DNA from: the human T2T-CHM13v2.0 reference genome, Homo sapiens
Strand: one strand, 5' to 3'
Length of the DNA: 64,000 nucleotides
Assembly: GCF_009914755.1 (NCBI RefSeq)
Contig: NC_060930.1
Position numbers and translations under genes: made by a program. Positions 16,171 to 31,953 of the stretch are shown one piece after another (positions within the stretch are counted from its first letter, which is position 1; each line of letters starts with the position of its first letter). Under the pieces are notes generated by a model. The model searched no databases. It had not been told where the DNA came from and saw only the letters and a list, made by a program, of their open reading frames with translations.

Positions 16171-16522
16171 CCAGCACAGTGTTTTTTTGGTGATGGTTGT
16201 TTTTAGCAACCTTAACTGTATAAAAATTTCTCGTTTAAAATCATGAATTACGTGTTAAGGTTTCAACGTATGAATTTGTGGAGGGGGCTGGGCACAATTC
16301 ACTGCATAGCAAATAACTGTACTTTGAGAATAACGTATTTTTAAAGTTTAAATTGTGAATTTTAAAAATTCAATTTGATCTTTTCCAAACATTTTTAAAG
16401 AACGATTTGACAGTCTTAGGTCCTCTAATAAAAATCACTTGCAGTGAATTTTTAAAAAATGGACAAGTAATAGTTGTGTAGACTTTTGCAATGTTATGTT
16501 TTGATACATGCTTACATGGTAG

Positions 16523-17256
16523 TGAAACTGGGCAAGTTCCCTTGTTCCTCTCGGGATGTGTGATGGGGCTGATGGCTCACTTTAGTGCCCTGCTGCTCCA
16601 ACTTTTAGGAGAGAATACAGACAGGTAGGCTGTGGGGCTCCAACCCTTCTGCAGTGTCTAGGGCTGAATGTTTACAACTCCTGAAGCTCCACTGGGCATG
16701 TGTTAGAGTGCTTTTTTAGTTGAGCTATCCATAGGTGGCTTGTGTTAACCAGTTCAATCAGACCCCTACCTTATCGCAAGGACAGAGGGCTTTCTGTATC
16801 CTGGGGTTCCTGCCTTGGTGTACCAGAAGAATCGGATCACATGTGGGCTTGGAGAATGAGTGCAAGGTAAGTCTGGCAACCTGGGCTCTCCTTCAACTGC
16901 CCCCGTCAAACTGCGTTGTTCTGCCGGTGGATGGCCTGCCTGCATGCCGGTGCCTGCTGGTGCATCCCATTCCTCTCAACTTCCAGCCGCTCGTGTGTTC
17001 CTCCACTGATGTACTCCTCTCGATATGCAGCCACCTGTGTGTCTGCCTGCTAGCGTCTCAGGGTTTTACAGGCACAGGGTAGGGGCGTGGCAGGCCAGGG
17101 TGGTCTTGAGAAGTGCAACATTGGGGCAGGAAAACAAAAATGCCTGTCCTCAACTAGGTCCGTGGGCACAGGCCCAGGGTTGGAGCCCTAGCCAGGGACC
17201 ACGCCCTTCCCCCCCCCCCGCCATGTTATTTAAAGAGAGCACACCCTTCCATATCA
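16523..17256 (-). mobile_element. ERV1 LTR, LTR28/MER52-group, inserted in an L1 3'UTR fragment
   Basis: TG...CA ends; TSD GTAG/GTGG; motif GGACCTAGTTGAGGACAGGC...CAAGACCACCCTGGCCTGCCACGCCCC on the minus strand. Confidence 0.65.
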
Positions 17257-17918
17257 GTGGAATGGCTAAAACAAGCTAATTCCCATACGCATTACCTCAT
17301 CTATTTTTTTTGTGATGAGAATGTCAGAGTAGGCGGTTAGACGTGAGCAGGGCATGCACGGGCCCCCAAGAATGTTGGACATTTGTCAAGCCACAGTCAC
17401 AATTATAAATCTGTCCCTCTGAAATAATGAGCAAGACAAGGAAGGGACCCCAGAGCTGTCTGGTTCTCATTGGGACGGGGATTGAAGGGCATAAAACTAT
17501 CCCTCTAGGGTAATAAGTGGCCATGGCTGGCGCTGGGAATAACAGGAGTCTTGCAACAGACAGAAGACACCTGGAGTTAGCAAGGCAGTCCCAGACAAGG
17601 TTTTGAGCATGTGCAGTAATAGAAAGGTGTGAAATTTACCCGGTGTATGACTTTCCTCTAGGGGCGCTCGACCAGTAAGGGAGAATTGCATCTAATGGGC
17701 ATGCGCACAACTTCAGTAACCATCCAGCGCCTACTGGGAGGGCTACTGGGCATGCAATACTTGAGGGCCAGCCCGGGAGGTGAAGAACAAAGAGTGGAGA
17801 CAGCCTGGAAAAGAGTAAGGGGTATAAAAACTGTAAGCAGGCCTGGGGTGGTGGCTCACGCCTGTAGTTCCAGCACTTTGGGAGGCTGAGGCAGGTGGAT
17901 CATGAAGTCAGGAGATCA

Positions 17919-18137
<219 letters not shown>

Positions 18138-18282
18138 TCAAAGCGGAAGCAGCACTTGATTTTTGAAGTCTCCTGCTTGACCCTCTTCCAAGCCTACTTT
18201 CTCCAATGAACTTTCACATTGCTTAAAATAAATGTTCCCTTGCCTGTCTCTCATTTGAATTCTTTCCTTTAAAAGTACAAAG

Positions 18283-19718
18283 TGAGAAGTGACAGCATGC
18301 TGGCAGTCCTCACAGCCCTCGGTCGCTCTGGGTGCCTCCTCTGCCTGGGCTCCCACTTTGGCGGCACTTGAGGAGCCCTTCAGCCCGCCGCTGCACTGTT
18401 GGAGTCCGTTTCTGGGCTGGCCACGCAAGGCCGGAGCCGGCTTCCTCAGCTTGCAGGGAGGTGTGCAGAGAGAGGCGCCAGCGGGAACTGGGGCTGCGCG
18501 CGGCGCTTGCGGGCCAGCTGGAGTTCCGGGTGGGCGTGGGCTTGGCGGGCCCCGCACTCGGAGCAGCCGGCCGGCCATGCCGGCCTCGGGCAATGAGGGG
18601 TTTAGCACCCGGGCCAGTGGCTGCAGAGGGTGTACTGGGTCCCCCCATAGTGCCAGCCCACCGGCGCTGCGCCCTATTTCTCACTGGGCCTTAGCTGCCT
18701 TCCCGCGGGGCAGGACTTGGGACCTGCAGCCCGCCATGCCCGAGCCTCCCTGATGAACACCACCCCCTACTCCATGGCTCCCAGTCCCATCGACCACCCA
18801 AGGGCTGAAGAGTGTGGGCGCATGGCGTGGGAGTGGCAGGCAGCTCCACCTGCAGCCCCAGTACAGGATCCACTGGGTGAAGCCAGCTGGGCTCCTGAGT
18901 CTGGTGGGGACCATGGAGAACATTTGTGTCTGGCCCAGCGATTGTAAATACACCAATCGGCACTCTGTATCTAGCTCAAGGTTTGTAAACACACCAATCA
19001 GCATCCTGCATCTAGCTCAAGGTTTAGTGAATGCACCAATTGACACTCTATATCTAGCTACTCTGGTGGGGCCTTGGAGAACCTTTATGTCTAGCTCAGG
19101 GATTGTAAACGCACCAATCAGCGCCCTGTCAAAACAGACCACTTGGTTCTACCAATCAGCAGGATGTGGGTGGGGCCAGATAAAAGAATAAAAGCAGGCT
19201 GCCGGAGCTTGTAGTGGTAACCCGTTGGGGTTTTCCGTGCTGTGATAAGGTTTGTTTGTTTGTATTTGGCGTCTGCGTTGCCTTTATGAGCTGTAGCGCT
19301 CACTGCGAAAATTGTCACTTTATTTCTGAAGTGGGTGAGATGACGAGCCCGGTAGGAGGAACGAAACACTCATCTGTGAAAGTTGCAACTTCATTTCTGA
19401 AGTGGGTGAGACGACTCTGTGAAAGTTGCAACTTCATTTCTGAAGTGGGTGAGACGACGAGCCCATTAGGAGGAACGGAACACTCACTGCGAAAGTTGCA
19501 ATTTCATTTCTATAGTGGGTGAGACGACGAGCCCATTAGGAGGAACGGAACACTCACTGCGAAAGTTGCAATTTCATTTCTATAGTGGGTGAGACGACGA
19601 GCCCAGTGAGAGTGAACGAACAACTCCAGGCGCGCCGCCTTAAGAGCTATAGTATTCACTGAGGGTTTGCGGTTTTATTCTTGAAGTCAGTGAAACCAAA
19701 AACCAATTTCTGGGTGTA
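18283..19718 (+). mobile_element. LTR12 (ERV9) solo LTR copy 2
   Basis: TGAGAAGTGACAGC start; U3 highly similar to copy 1; five CCAAT boxes; AATAAA at 19187-19192; TSD AAAG. Confidence 0.92.
19331..19605 (+). repeat. ~70-bp tandem repeat in LTR12 U5
   Basis: GTGGGTGAGA recurs with spacings of 71, 43, 70 and 70 bp; 19445-19514 and 19515-19584 are identical. Confidence 0.9.
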
Positions 19719-20299
19719 AAAAGACCAAGGTTCTTGCAAGGTTGCTCCTCCCAAATTCCTTCAGATAGGGGAAGACACACAGTTTACAAGAACATTTTGA
19801 ATCTTACTCATTTTCAAGTATATAATATATATTTTTAATTGTAGCCAACATGACTTACAATAAGTAAACTTAAAAAGATATAAGCCACCCATGTTGGGTG
19901 TGGGGGTACATGCCAGTAATCCCAGCTGCGTGGGAGGCTGAGGTGGGGTAGATTGCTGGAGTCCAGGAATTTGAGGCCAGCCTGGGCAACATAACACCCC
20001 ATTTCTGAAAGTAAACAAAGCCCTAATTATGTTCATTTTCCCCCTTCATTTTCAGATTTCCCATTTTGGCCACGCTTCACATGCGACACATATAGAAGTA
20101 CACAGCAGCTTCCCCCCTTACCTGCAAGGGATATGTTCAGAGATCTCCAGTGGATGCCTGAAACTATGGATAGTACTGAATCCTATATATACTGTTTTTT
20201 TCTATACATATAATAAAGTTTATAAATTAGGTACAGTAAGAGATTAAAAACTCAAAATATGAGTTAAACTCATATGCAATATAATATATGCAATAAAAT

Positions 20300-21326
<1,027 letters not shown>

Positions 21327-21359
21327 ATAACATACTGTAATAAAAGTTACGTAAATATA

Positions 21360-21647
<288 letters not shown>

Positions 21648-21785
21648 TTATGTAAATATGATCTCTCTCTCTCCCTCTCTCTCTCTCACACCCACAGTGC
21701 TGTACTCACCTATTTTTGGACCATGGGTAACTGAAACACTGGAAAATGAAACCTTCAATAACTGGTAACTACTGTGTAGGTGCCA

Positions 21786-22238
21786 TGTAGGGTTTGTGGA
21801 CTCCTAATGAGGAAAAAGGAGTGAGGCTGGCAGGACCAGGGGAAAGCAAAGAGAGAAAGCAGATAAGCTATAGGTTCGCTTTTCTTTATGGCCCAAGACA
21901 TATGGCCCACCTGTGCAAATAATGTACGTAACTCACAAACTTCCTGCTTATCATCAAACACTTCAACTTATCATCAAACACCTCTGCTGACAGAAGAATG
22001 CAAGCGAGCTCCCTACTGCCTTGGCGTTCTCAATCAGCCGAGAACCATCCTCTGAAACCCTCAGCAAGCCTTTGTTCCCTTGCACTGAACTCCTCTCTTG
22101 CTGATTCTGCCCATTTCGACCTTAACGAGGTACATCATACTTTCTCTAATAAATCTGCCTTTCTTTACCTACAGCTATCTTGGGAAATTCTTTTACCCCA
22201 GCACCAATGGCCCTGGTAGGTGCTGCTCACCCGTGACA
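21786..22238 (+). mobile_element. LTR47-like ERVL solo LTR
   Basis: TG...CA ends; GGAAAGCAAAGAGAGAAAGCAGATAAGCTATA motif; AATAAA near 22148. Confidence 0.6.
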
Positions 22239-22595
22239 GGGTTCGCATACTGAAAAAAACACAAGTTCTGACTATGTTTTCAGAAAAAAAATGCAGTTGT
22301 TCTGTAATCAGATTTCCGCTGAGCGCTTGTCTGTTTCCTCTAAGAATAAGGGGGAAAGGAAGTGTTATTTCTAAAAAGGGTATTTTAAATGACCTCCAAG
22401 TTTACTGAGAAGCCATAGCACTTACTTTCAACTTTAATTTCCCTTTGCCGCCCATCACCTTTTAGCAAAGCCACATGAGCGTGCATCTGGCTGCCCTGTG
22501 CAGACAGACAGGGGCTGGGGAGCAAGCATAGGAGGGCCTGAGGAGCTAAATCCCCAGCTGCCCTTGACCATCAAGAGGGTGTATTTTAAAAGCTA

Positions 22596-22987
<392 letters not shown>

Positions 22988-23627
22988 TCAAGCTTGCCAA
23001 AAACTGAACTTGAACTTGTGTGCCTCGCCAGATGAAATGGTCAGAATAGACACGCTTACTGGCCTAATGGCTGGCCTGTCCTTCCAGAAAGTCTCCAAAA
23101 ATGACACAGAAAAGTGAAATCAAATTTCGCTGTTTCATTTATTCTTCTCTTTAAGGTATAGTTTTCTGTCCCAAGTGTATAATTTTATAGTTGTGAAATT
23201 CAAGAATAATGGTAACATAATTACTCTTGATTCTGTAAAAGTATCTAAATGACTAAGAGAATAGGTTAATTAGTTAGACTGGGAACACTTTTGTAAGGAT
23301 AAAAAAATTTCATCCAAACTTTTGTCTACAGATTAAAAACAACAATAATAGAGCTGATATCCACCTCAAAAGGTTGCTTTGGAAATGTAATTTTATTCAG
23401 TGTATGTAAAGCCTTTGCATTTGGCAGGGCTGACTGAAAAAACAACCCTATCAATTAATGGGACTGTGGCTTGTGTCTATCAGCTGCCGTGTTCTCCTTT
23501 AGAATGAGACAGCTATTTCTGCATCAAGGGATATGACCCTACGATCTTGCTGCTTTATTCTATAATGGAACAGATGGCATGCATTTTATCATGCTGCATC
23601 CACCTCATATTCCTGGGTTAAGCTTAC

Positions 23628-23821
23628 TTCCCATACATAATTCCCTTCCCATACATAATTCCCTTCCCATAACATAATTCCCTTCCCATACATAATTCCC
23701 TTCCCATACTTAATTCCCTTCCCATACATAATTCCCTTCCCATACATAATTCCCTTCCCATACATAATTCCCTTCCCATACTTAATTCCCTTCCCATACA
23801 TAATTCCCTTCCCATACATAA
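23628..23821. repeat. 18-bp minisatellite (TTCCCTTCCCATACATAA) x ~10.7
   Basis: Ten full units plus a partial; two ACTTAA variants 72 bp apart and one 19-bp variant. Confidence 0.97.
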
Positions 23822-24460
23822 TTTCCAAACACAACCTTACCAAGGTTGTGCTCGTCAATATGCAGTGAACTAAAGAGTGTTTCCTCCCTTTTATTTCTTG
23901 CATCTGTTAAGATTGGAATGATTTGTGCCCTGAGAGCCACATGCAGTATCCATGTGGGAACTGGATGTGTGCCCTGTTCACCCAGATGCAAACGGTTTCA
24001 GTGCGGGAGTGAATAGAACCAAGGCCCAGTGCGTGCGCAATCTAGGCGGGCCTGAGCCAGTGATTCCATTCTCCTTCCCCGAGACTATCCACCGCAGCTT
24101 CAGGAGGAACACTAGGAGGTCCAAGGCCCTTATTGAAGATGAGTGCACCCAAGGATCCTGCCACCATCTGCATGACCACGGTCAGCCGCCTGGCCGAGCT
24201 CAGAGGGCCATCCAGCCCAGAACCATGCCTGCACAGACTGGCGAAGGCTGAGTCCTTTCAGGGAGAGTGAATCGAAATGAGAAGAACAGCATGAACCCAG
24301 GGGAGAGACGGGTAAGGGTGGGAGCCATATGAGGAAGAGCAGGTGAGGATACAGTGAGTTGCAGAGAAAGAACAGATCTCCCCTGGCACAAACAATCCCA
24401 CAGGATTTGCATATAATAGAAACCCTTACTTCCCTGTACACAGTTTAAAAATATTTTTCT

Positions 24461-24764
24461 GGCCGGCACGGTGGCTCATGCCTGTAATCCCAGAACTTTG
24501 GGAGGCCGACATGGGAGGATCATTTGAGGTCAGGAGTTTTAGACCAGCCTGGCCAACAGGGCAAAACCCCATCGCTACTAAAAAAAATACAAAAATTAGC
24601 CGGGCGTCGTGGTGCATGCCTGTAACCCCAGCTACTGGGGAGGTTGAGGCATGAGAATCGCTTGAACCCAGGAGGCAGAGGCTGCAGTGAGCCGAGATTG
24701 AATCACGGCACTCCAGCCCACATGATGAAGCGAGACTCTGTCTCTAAATAAATAAATAAATAAA
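24461..24764 (+). mobile_element. Alu element
   Basis: TSD AAAATATTTTTCT; (TAAA)n tail. Confidence 0.92.
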
Positions 24765-25362
24765 ATATTTTTCTGATTACACAAGAATACATGTTCACAA
24801 TGGAAAATTTAAAAATCAAACAAAAATCCCCCCAATGTCTTCTTGTGCCATTTCCTAAAAGATGTAGAGGCATTACTCAGATGGTTGTGCCTTTTACTGT
24901 ATTGCAATCAAATTAAGAGTGACAGATAACCCTTCAAAGGTGATGTCACAGACAGCTAAGGGGCGGTAACTCAGTGGGGACCAGGGAGCCTTCCAGAGCG
25001 GGATGTGTGGTGTTGGTTGTTCTCTTCCCCTGTCAGAGGTCAGTAACACATAGGACCCTGAATGTTCATCTTAACTCACTAGTGATACCATCCTTATCCT
25101 GGGGAAAGGGAATGATACCATGATACCTGGATGGTTAGAGACTATTCCACGTACCCCACTCCCTGCCCCCATCCCTGCCCCTAAGCAAGGATGTGGACCC
25201 CGTGCCTCTGCCCAAGAACTGGACACAGGGCAGCAGCTGCCAGCTGCAGTGCAGAGGCCCTCTCCGTGATGCTGGAAGCATCACATAAACGGATCCTGCC
25301 CCACCCTCGGAGCCCTTGTTCCAAGTCTCCTTGTCCCCGTTCTTTAAAAAATACCAGGAATG

Positions 25363-26158
<796 letters not shown>

Positions 26159-27097
26159 CTATCTGGCCCTTCTTTCCCCAGCTCTCCCACTCATCCTTGC
26201 CACATCTCCTGCTGCTCCTGAGTCCCATCTGTCACCCCAGCCTGGACACTAAGGGGAAAGAGAACCAGGAAGAGTGAGAGCATATGAGAGCACAGTTGCA
26301 CCAGGTAAAGGAGGAGAGGCCAGGTTCCCACTGCCTGCAAAAGAAGTCCTTTCTGCCTCCCTGGAACATTGTGTGGCTCCATCTGAGCCTGACCTGTCCT
26401 TCTGCTCCTGGATGGCTGGGTGCAGGGATCACATTTCCAGCAAGTAACACAAATGGCCCCAGAAACCTTAGCTGTCTTTTCTGTCTGCAATACTTCAGTG
26501 AAACAGAAAGGCACCTGGTGCTGACTCGTGAAGTCGCCGTAAACTCCGTTACTATAAAGGGAACACTACCATCATTTGACATTTTTGGAAGTGGGCAGTG
26601 TGTGTGTGAACAAGCATGTGATCCACCAGTCCTCAGGGAAGCAGAAACACCCACAGGGCAGGGGACTGCTGTCACCCTCATCTGGTTCACCTGCTCCCCC
26701 CACCTCCATGCAGGCTTCCGGAGAGCTTGCGGTAGTTTTAGAATTGAGCTTCCCGCACCTCCCTGTAGCACCCCATTTCACCCCATTCTCTCCCTAGAAG
26801 TGGGATGAGACTCCACTACTGAGTAGAGGAGACAGAGAAGCACCATGTATCTTCCTGTGCCAAGGAAGAGTCACACCACCGACCTCAAGGGCAGCTGTCT
26901 GCCCACAATGAAGTCGTGGGGTCCCCATGGCTGTGGGGGGTGGGCAACACCTCCCCCAAGCAAGGGTGAGCTAGGTGGTCATTGCCGCCCCTACTAACAT
27001 AACCCAGACCCAGAGCAGCAATTTCAGATCCTAGGAAACATCTCCCGTGCAGACACACAAACACACGGAGTGAATGCGGCATCCCACAAATGGGCCC

Positions 27098-27103
27098 TTT
27101 ATT
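27098..27103 (-). terminator. SERPINB6: SERPINB6 polyadenylation signal AATAAA
   Basis: tttatt on + strand, about 107 nt after the stop, followed on the minus strand by a GU-rich element (GTGTGTTTGTGTGTCTG, ~27050-27067). Confidence 0.88.
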
Positions 27104-27209
27104 TCTGAACTGCCACCACTGCACGGATAAGGCCACTTGGGTTGCAGGCACACTGTGGAGTGTCAGGGGACAGAGAGGAGAGGGGCTGCACACCAAGACT
27201 GCCCTGTCC

Positions 27210-27611
27210 TCACGGAGAGGAAAAGCGGCCGCAGAAGAGAATCCCGTTGGTCTTGCTGTGCTGGATGAAGAAAAGGAAGGGGTGGTCGGCGCAGAAGCGG
27301 GGGACGAATCTGGCACACCGCATCATCATGATGGCAGCTGTGGCGGCTGCAGCCTCCGTGCCTTCCTCATTGACCTCCACAAAAGACTTGTGCACGACCT
27401 TGGACAGAGACAGGTCTGTCTGGGACATTCCAGAGAAGTCTGCCTTGCCCAGCTCGAAGGCATCAGTCATGCCCAGGTTGCGCAGGACACTCTCCATGTC
27501 GTAGCTTTCCTCTAGTTTAAACCGCGGGAGGGACACTTCCACCTCCTCTTCATCCATCATGTCCAGCCTCGTCCATTCTACGAACTTCTCGTAAGTGAGT
27601 TCTTTCTCCAC
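27210..27611 (-). CDS. SERPINB6: SERPINB6 last exon CDS with reactive centre loop
   Basis: CTAG|GTGGAG...; hinge [24 protein letters not shown], serpin signature [11 protein letters not shown], ends CGRFSSP*. Exon CDS lengths sum to 1131 nt. Confidence 0.98.
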
Positions 27612-27825
27612 CTAGAGGGAGACAGTTGAAGACTTTAAGACCTAGGGTGCTGCTGCCCAGCAGGGCCCTGTGCTATGCTGTGGATGCCAGACACCAGTGG
27701 CAGCGTGGCTATGGTCAGCAGCGCTCCAGTGTTAAACGGCTGACCGCAAAGTAGGGACAGCAGCCACAGCAGACACCCCCGAGTGGCTCCTTGCTAGCAC
27801 GCCTCGCTCACAGCTTAGCTGTTAC

Positions 27826-27981
27826 CGTTCTCAAGTCAGTGGTCTCGTCCGGAAGCATGATGATCATATTCAGTTCCTTGCCAACATATGGAAGCACCAA
27901 GATTTGGGTAAATATTTCTCCTATATAGGTCTTCTTAAAAGTAGATTGCTTAAACATCATTTGCACAGGTTTCTCCTCATT
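27826..27981 (-). CDS. SERPINB6: SERPINB6 exon 6
   Basis: TTTGTAG|AATGAGGAG...AGAACG|GTAACA; [52 protein letters not shown]; 156 nt. Confidence 0.97.
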
Positions 27982-29162
27982 CTACAAAGAAAACAGATAA
28001 ACATCAAGTTGAAACAAGACCCCACTGACACATGGGACAAATGTGTCGGAGCTGGCCACTCTCTGCAGGGAGAAACGCAGCTCGGTTTCTCCCCAGCTTC
28101 CAGAACACCCGGCAGCGCCTGCTCTGCCATCTTCATTACCTCAACCTCCAGAAACTGGGGTGCCCAGGGCCCAAACCCAACGTGTCTTTCCTCTCATTGA
28201 TCGCATTCAGTCTCATGGCTTTAAACACAATATCACACCAAATTTACCTCCCGCCTGGGCCTCTGCCCTGTCCTTGGGCCTCCTGCATTTTACTGCCCAC
28301 CTGCACCTATGTTTGGACATAAAAGAAACTCCCAGCGCCACCTGTAATGCGGCACTCCGTAGATCCTCCAAGTCGGCTCTGTCTACTGCAACTCTGCCCA
28401 TCTCAGCTGAGGGCAGTGCCACTGTCCAGTGGTCAAAAGCCCTGGAGTGCCCCTGACTCCTGTCTTTCTCTCACACCCTGTGTCTGACTCACTGGCAAAT
28501 TATATTGGCTCTACCTCGAGAATATAACAAAATCTGACCTGTTCCTTCTGCCTCTGCTGCTACCAGCCTAGCCCTGGAATATTGTGATAATATGATTGTG
28601 ATTGTTCCCAGCACAGTGGCCAGAGGGGCCCGGTAGAACCTAAGGCAGATCACATTGTTCTTTGGCTGGACACCCTTCCCTGGCTCCCCATTTACTCGGA
28701 GCAGGAGCTGAAAGTCCCTAAAAAGCCTGGAATTGTGATAAGAGCTCGTCCCCAGTTCCCTCTCCCTTTGCTTATCTGCTACAGTCACAGAGGCCTCCTC
28801 ACTGCACTGCCAGCAAACCCAGTTCATCTCATCTCTACGCAGTAAGCTTGTCCTCCAGAACCTGGAGAGTGAACTTCTGCCTCTTTACGGTCTTTGTTCA
28901 AAAACCACCTTGGCAGAGAAGCTGTCCTTGATAGATCTTACCTGACCCTACACTCCCACCCCAAACACAGATTCCTATCCCCTCCCTTGGTATGTCTCTG
29001 TACCATTTACCACTGTCTAATATGCTCCTATTTTCTTATTTATGCTTGCTGTCTCTCCCCCAAGAAAACATAAGCTTCACCAGGGCAAGCATGCTTTGCT
29101 TGTTTTGTGCATGGCTGAAAAATACCTAGCACCATGCCTGATACATAGAAGACACTCAGTCA

Positions 29163-29701
<539 letters not shown>

Positions 29702-30014
29702 TCAAAGACGCCGTATGGTCCCCAGTCTCTGGTGTAGCACATTCTTCTGTGTTAAATGGAATAAATAAAATACACTGCGGCGGCAGCTTTCTGCTTTCAC
29801 GTGGTAGAGGCTCGCCTGGGCTGGCCCTTAGCCTTTGGCTAGAGCAGTCTCCTGGGCCTCGGCTGCCCCACTCATTTCCTTGGCCAGCAGTAGGCATGTT
29901 TCTTCCATAACTGACCAGACAGGAACTATTTTCCGGTTTGTGGCTACATGTACCATCTCCGTCACAACGACTCAGCTGTTGTTACAGGATGAAATAAGTA
30001 AGTAAATAAGCATG

Positions 30015-30340
<326 letters not shown>

Positions 30341-31953
30341 TCAGTAAACCTTTAAAAAAAATTAGGTGGTGGGCTGGCTTTGCTGTAGGCTGAAGTTTGC
30401 TGACCCCTGCCTTCAGTAATTCCTCCCTGCACCCCTTCAGGGTCCAAAGCCTCCAATCTTGCAATATAAAAAGATCTAACCTTAGTGACTGAATGATTCA
30501 CTAAATACACAATTATATAGACAAGTTCCAGTTTATATAGAAGGTAATGAAATTAAAATAAGAATCTGTATCAACTCAAAATCTGTGCCCTTGGAGGTAC
30601 ACCTCTGGCCTCAGGCTGGTACGCTCAATACTGCAGCCCCTTCCTTCACCCTTCTTCACTGCAGAACTCAGAAAGCATGACGGGATTCCACATCTCCCCA
30701 AACCCACAAGACCTATAGTTCTGGCCTACACCATATAGAAAGCAGCTTTCCCTTTCTGAAACGCAGAACCACTAAGGGGAAGGTTTAGGCTCCCCTCCCC
30801 TCCCTTGTTCCTCCCCCTCCCTGCCACCGGAACTGCTGAAGCCAGCTCAGCCATCTTGTGACCATGAGGAAGAAGGCGACGTGCTGAGAATGGTGGAGCC
30901 GCCTCCCTGGGATCATCGCCCCAGTGCCAGACCAGCCCAGGTCTCACCTGCCTCCAGACCTCCTGGCAGGGGAGATGAGCTCCTAGGAGATAAACCATGG
31001 TGAACCGGGGTGTCTGTTATCTGTAGTCAAAGCCCTTGTACATCTTGTTAATCATTAAATTTTAAAGAGAGAAATTATTTTGCCAGGGGAAAATAGCACA
31101 GTTCATTTCAGAATAAAGCTTCAAAGAAAATAATTCTTTCTGAATTGCGAGGAGAACAGACAATGAAAATAAATTTCTTGAAAAACTGAAGGCTCAAGTT
31201 CAAGTTAGCCTGGAAGATCTAACTATGGTCAATGATCAAGAATACACTGTAATTAATCTATTCTGTTTACTTTGTCTATGTTCAAAAATTTCTATAGTTA
31301 AAGAAAAACAAAACAAGAGACAATAAAGAAGATTCAGTGAGAGGAAGATAAAGGGCCATCAGCAAATGACATCTTCCACGCTGGAGGTGGTTAATCTCAG
31401 TGTCTATCTACATGTTTGGTTTGGTTGTTTTAAAACAAAAATCTGTACTTATCCTTACTATCAAGAGAGGACTGAATATCACTCATCGGTTCAGCATTTA
31501 CTAAGCACCAGCTACGTGTCTGGCACTTGTCAGAGAGTCCTCCCTGCTCAGCCTCAATTCAGCAGGCCGAGTTGTTCCGCTCCTGCAGTGTGGCACGGAG
31601 GCCAGCAGGAGGCGCGGTAGCGGGGCTTCCCGGGACGCCGCCAGAAAGAAAGGAGTGGGTAGGTCCTGATGGGAATGAAGCTAGAGAAAAGGAGGAAATG
31701 TCCGCTAGAAGATGGCACGCCATATCTGGAGTCTGAGCTTTAAGACCTTGATCGAGCCTGAGGGCTGCAGCTTCAGACTTGCCCTGTAGGTGGCAGGGCG
31801 GATGCCAGGCGCCCAGGGACACGAGGCCACCCAATGGATGTCAAGCAGGAGGGGCAGGGACAGAAAGGCCCCACGGCTGCAGACGCGGGAGGCCCCGAGC
31901 CGGAGACGCTCGTGTGAACACAGGCGCCGCTCCTGTCACGGCCCCTTACTCGC

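Noticed and set aside
23589-23903. ORFs with (YGKGIM)n or (MGRELC)n repeats
   Set aside because: They are translations of the 18-bp minisatellite, with no evidence of coding.
26232-26808. 174-179 aa ORFs downstream of the SERPINB6 poly(A) site
   Set aside because: No recognisable homology, and they overlap on opposite strands; probably chance.
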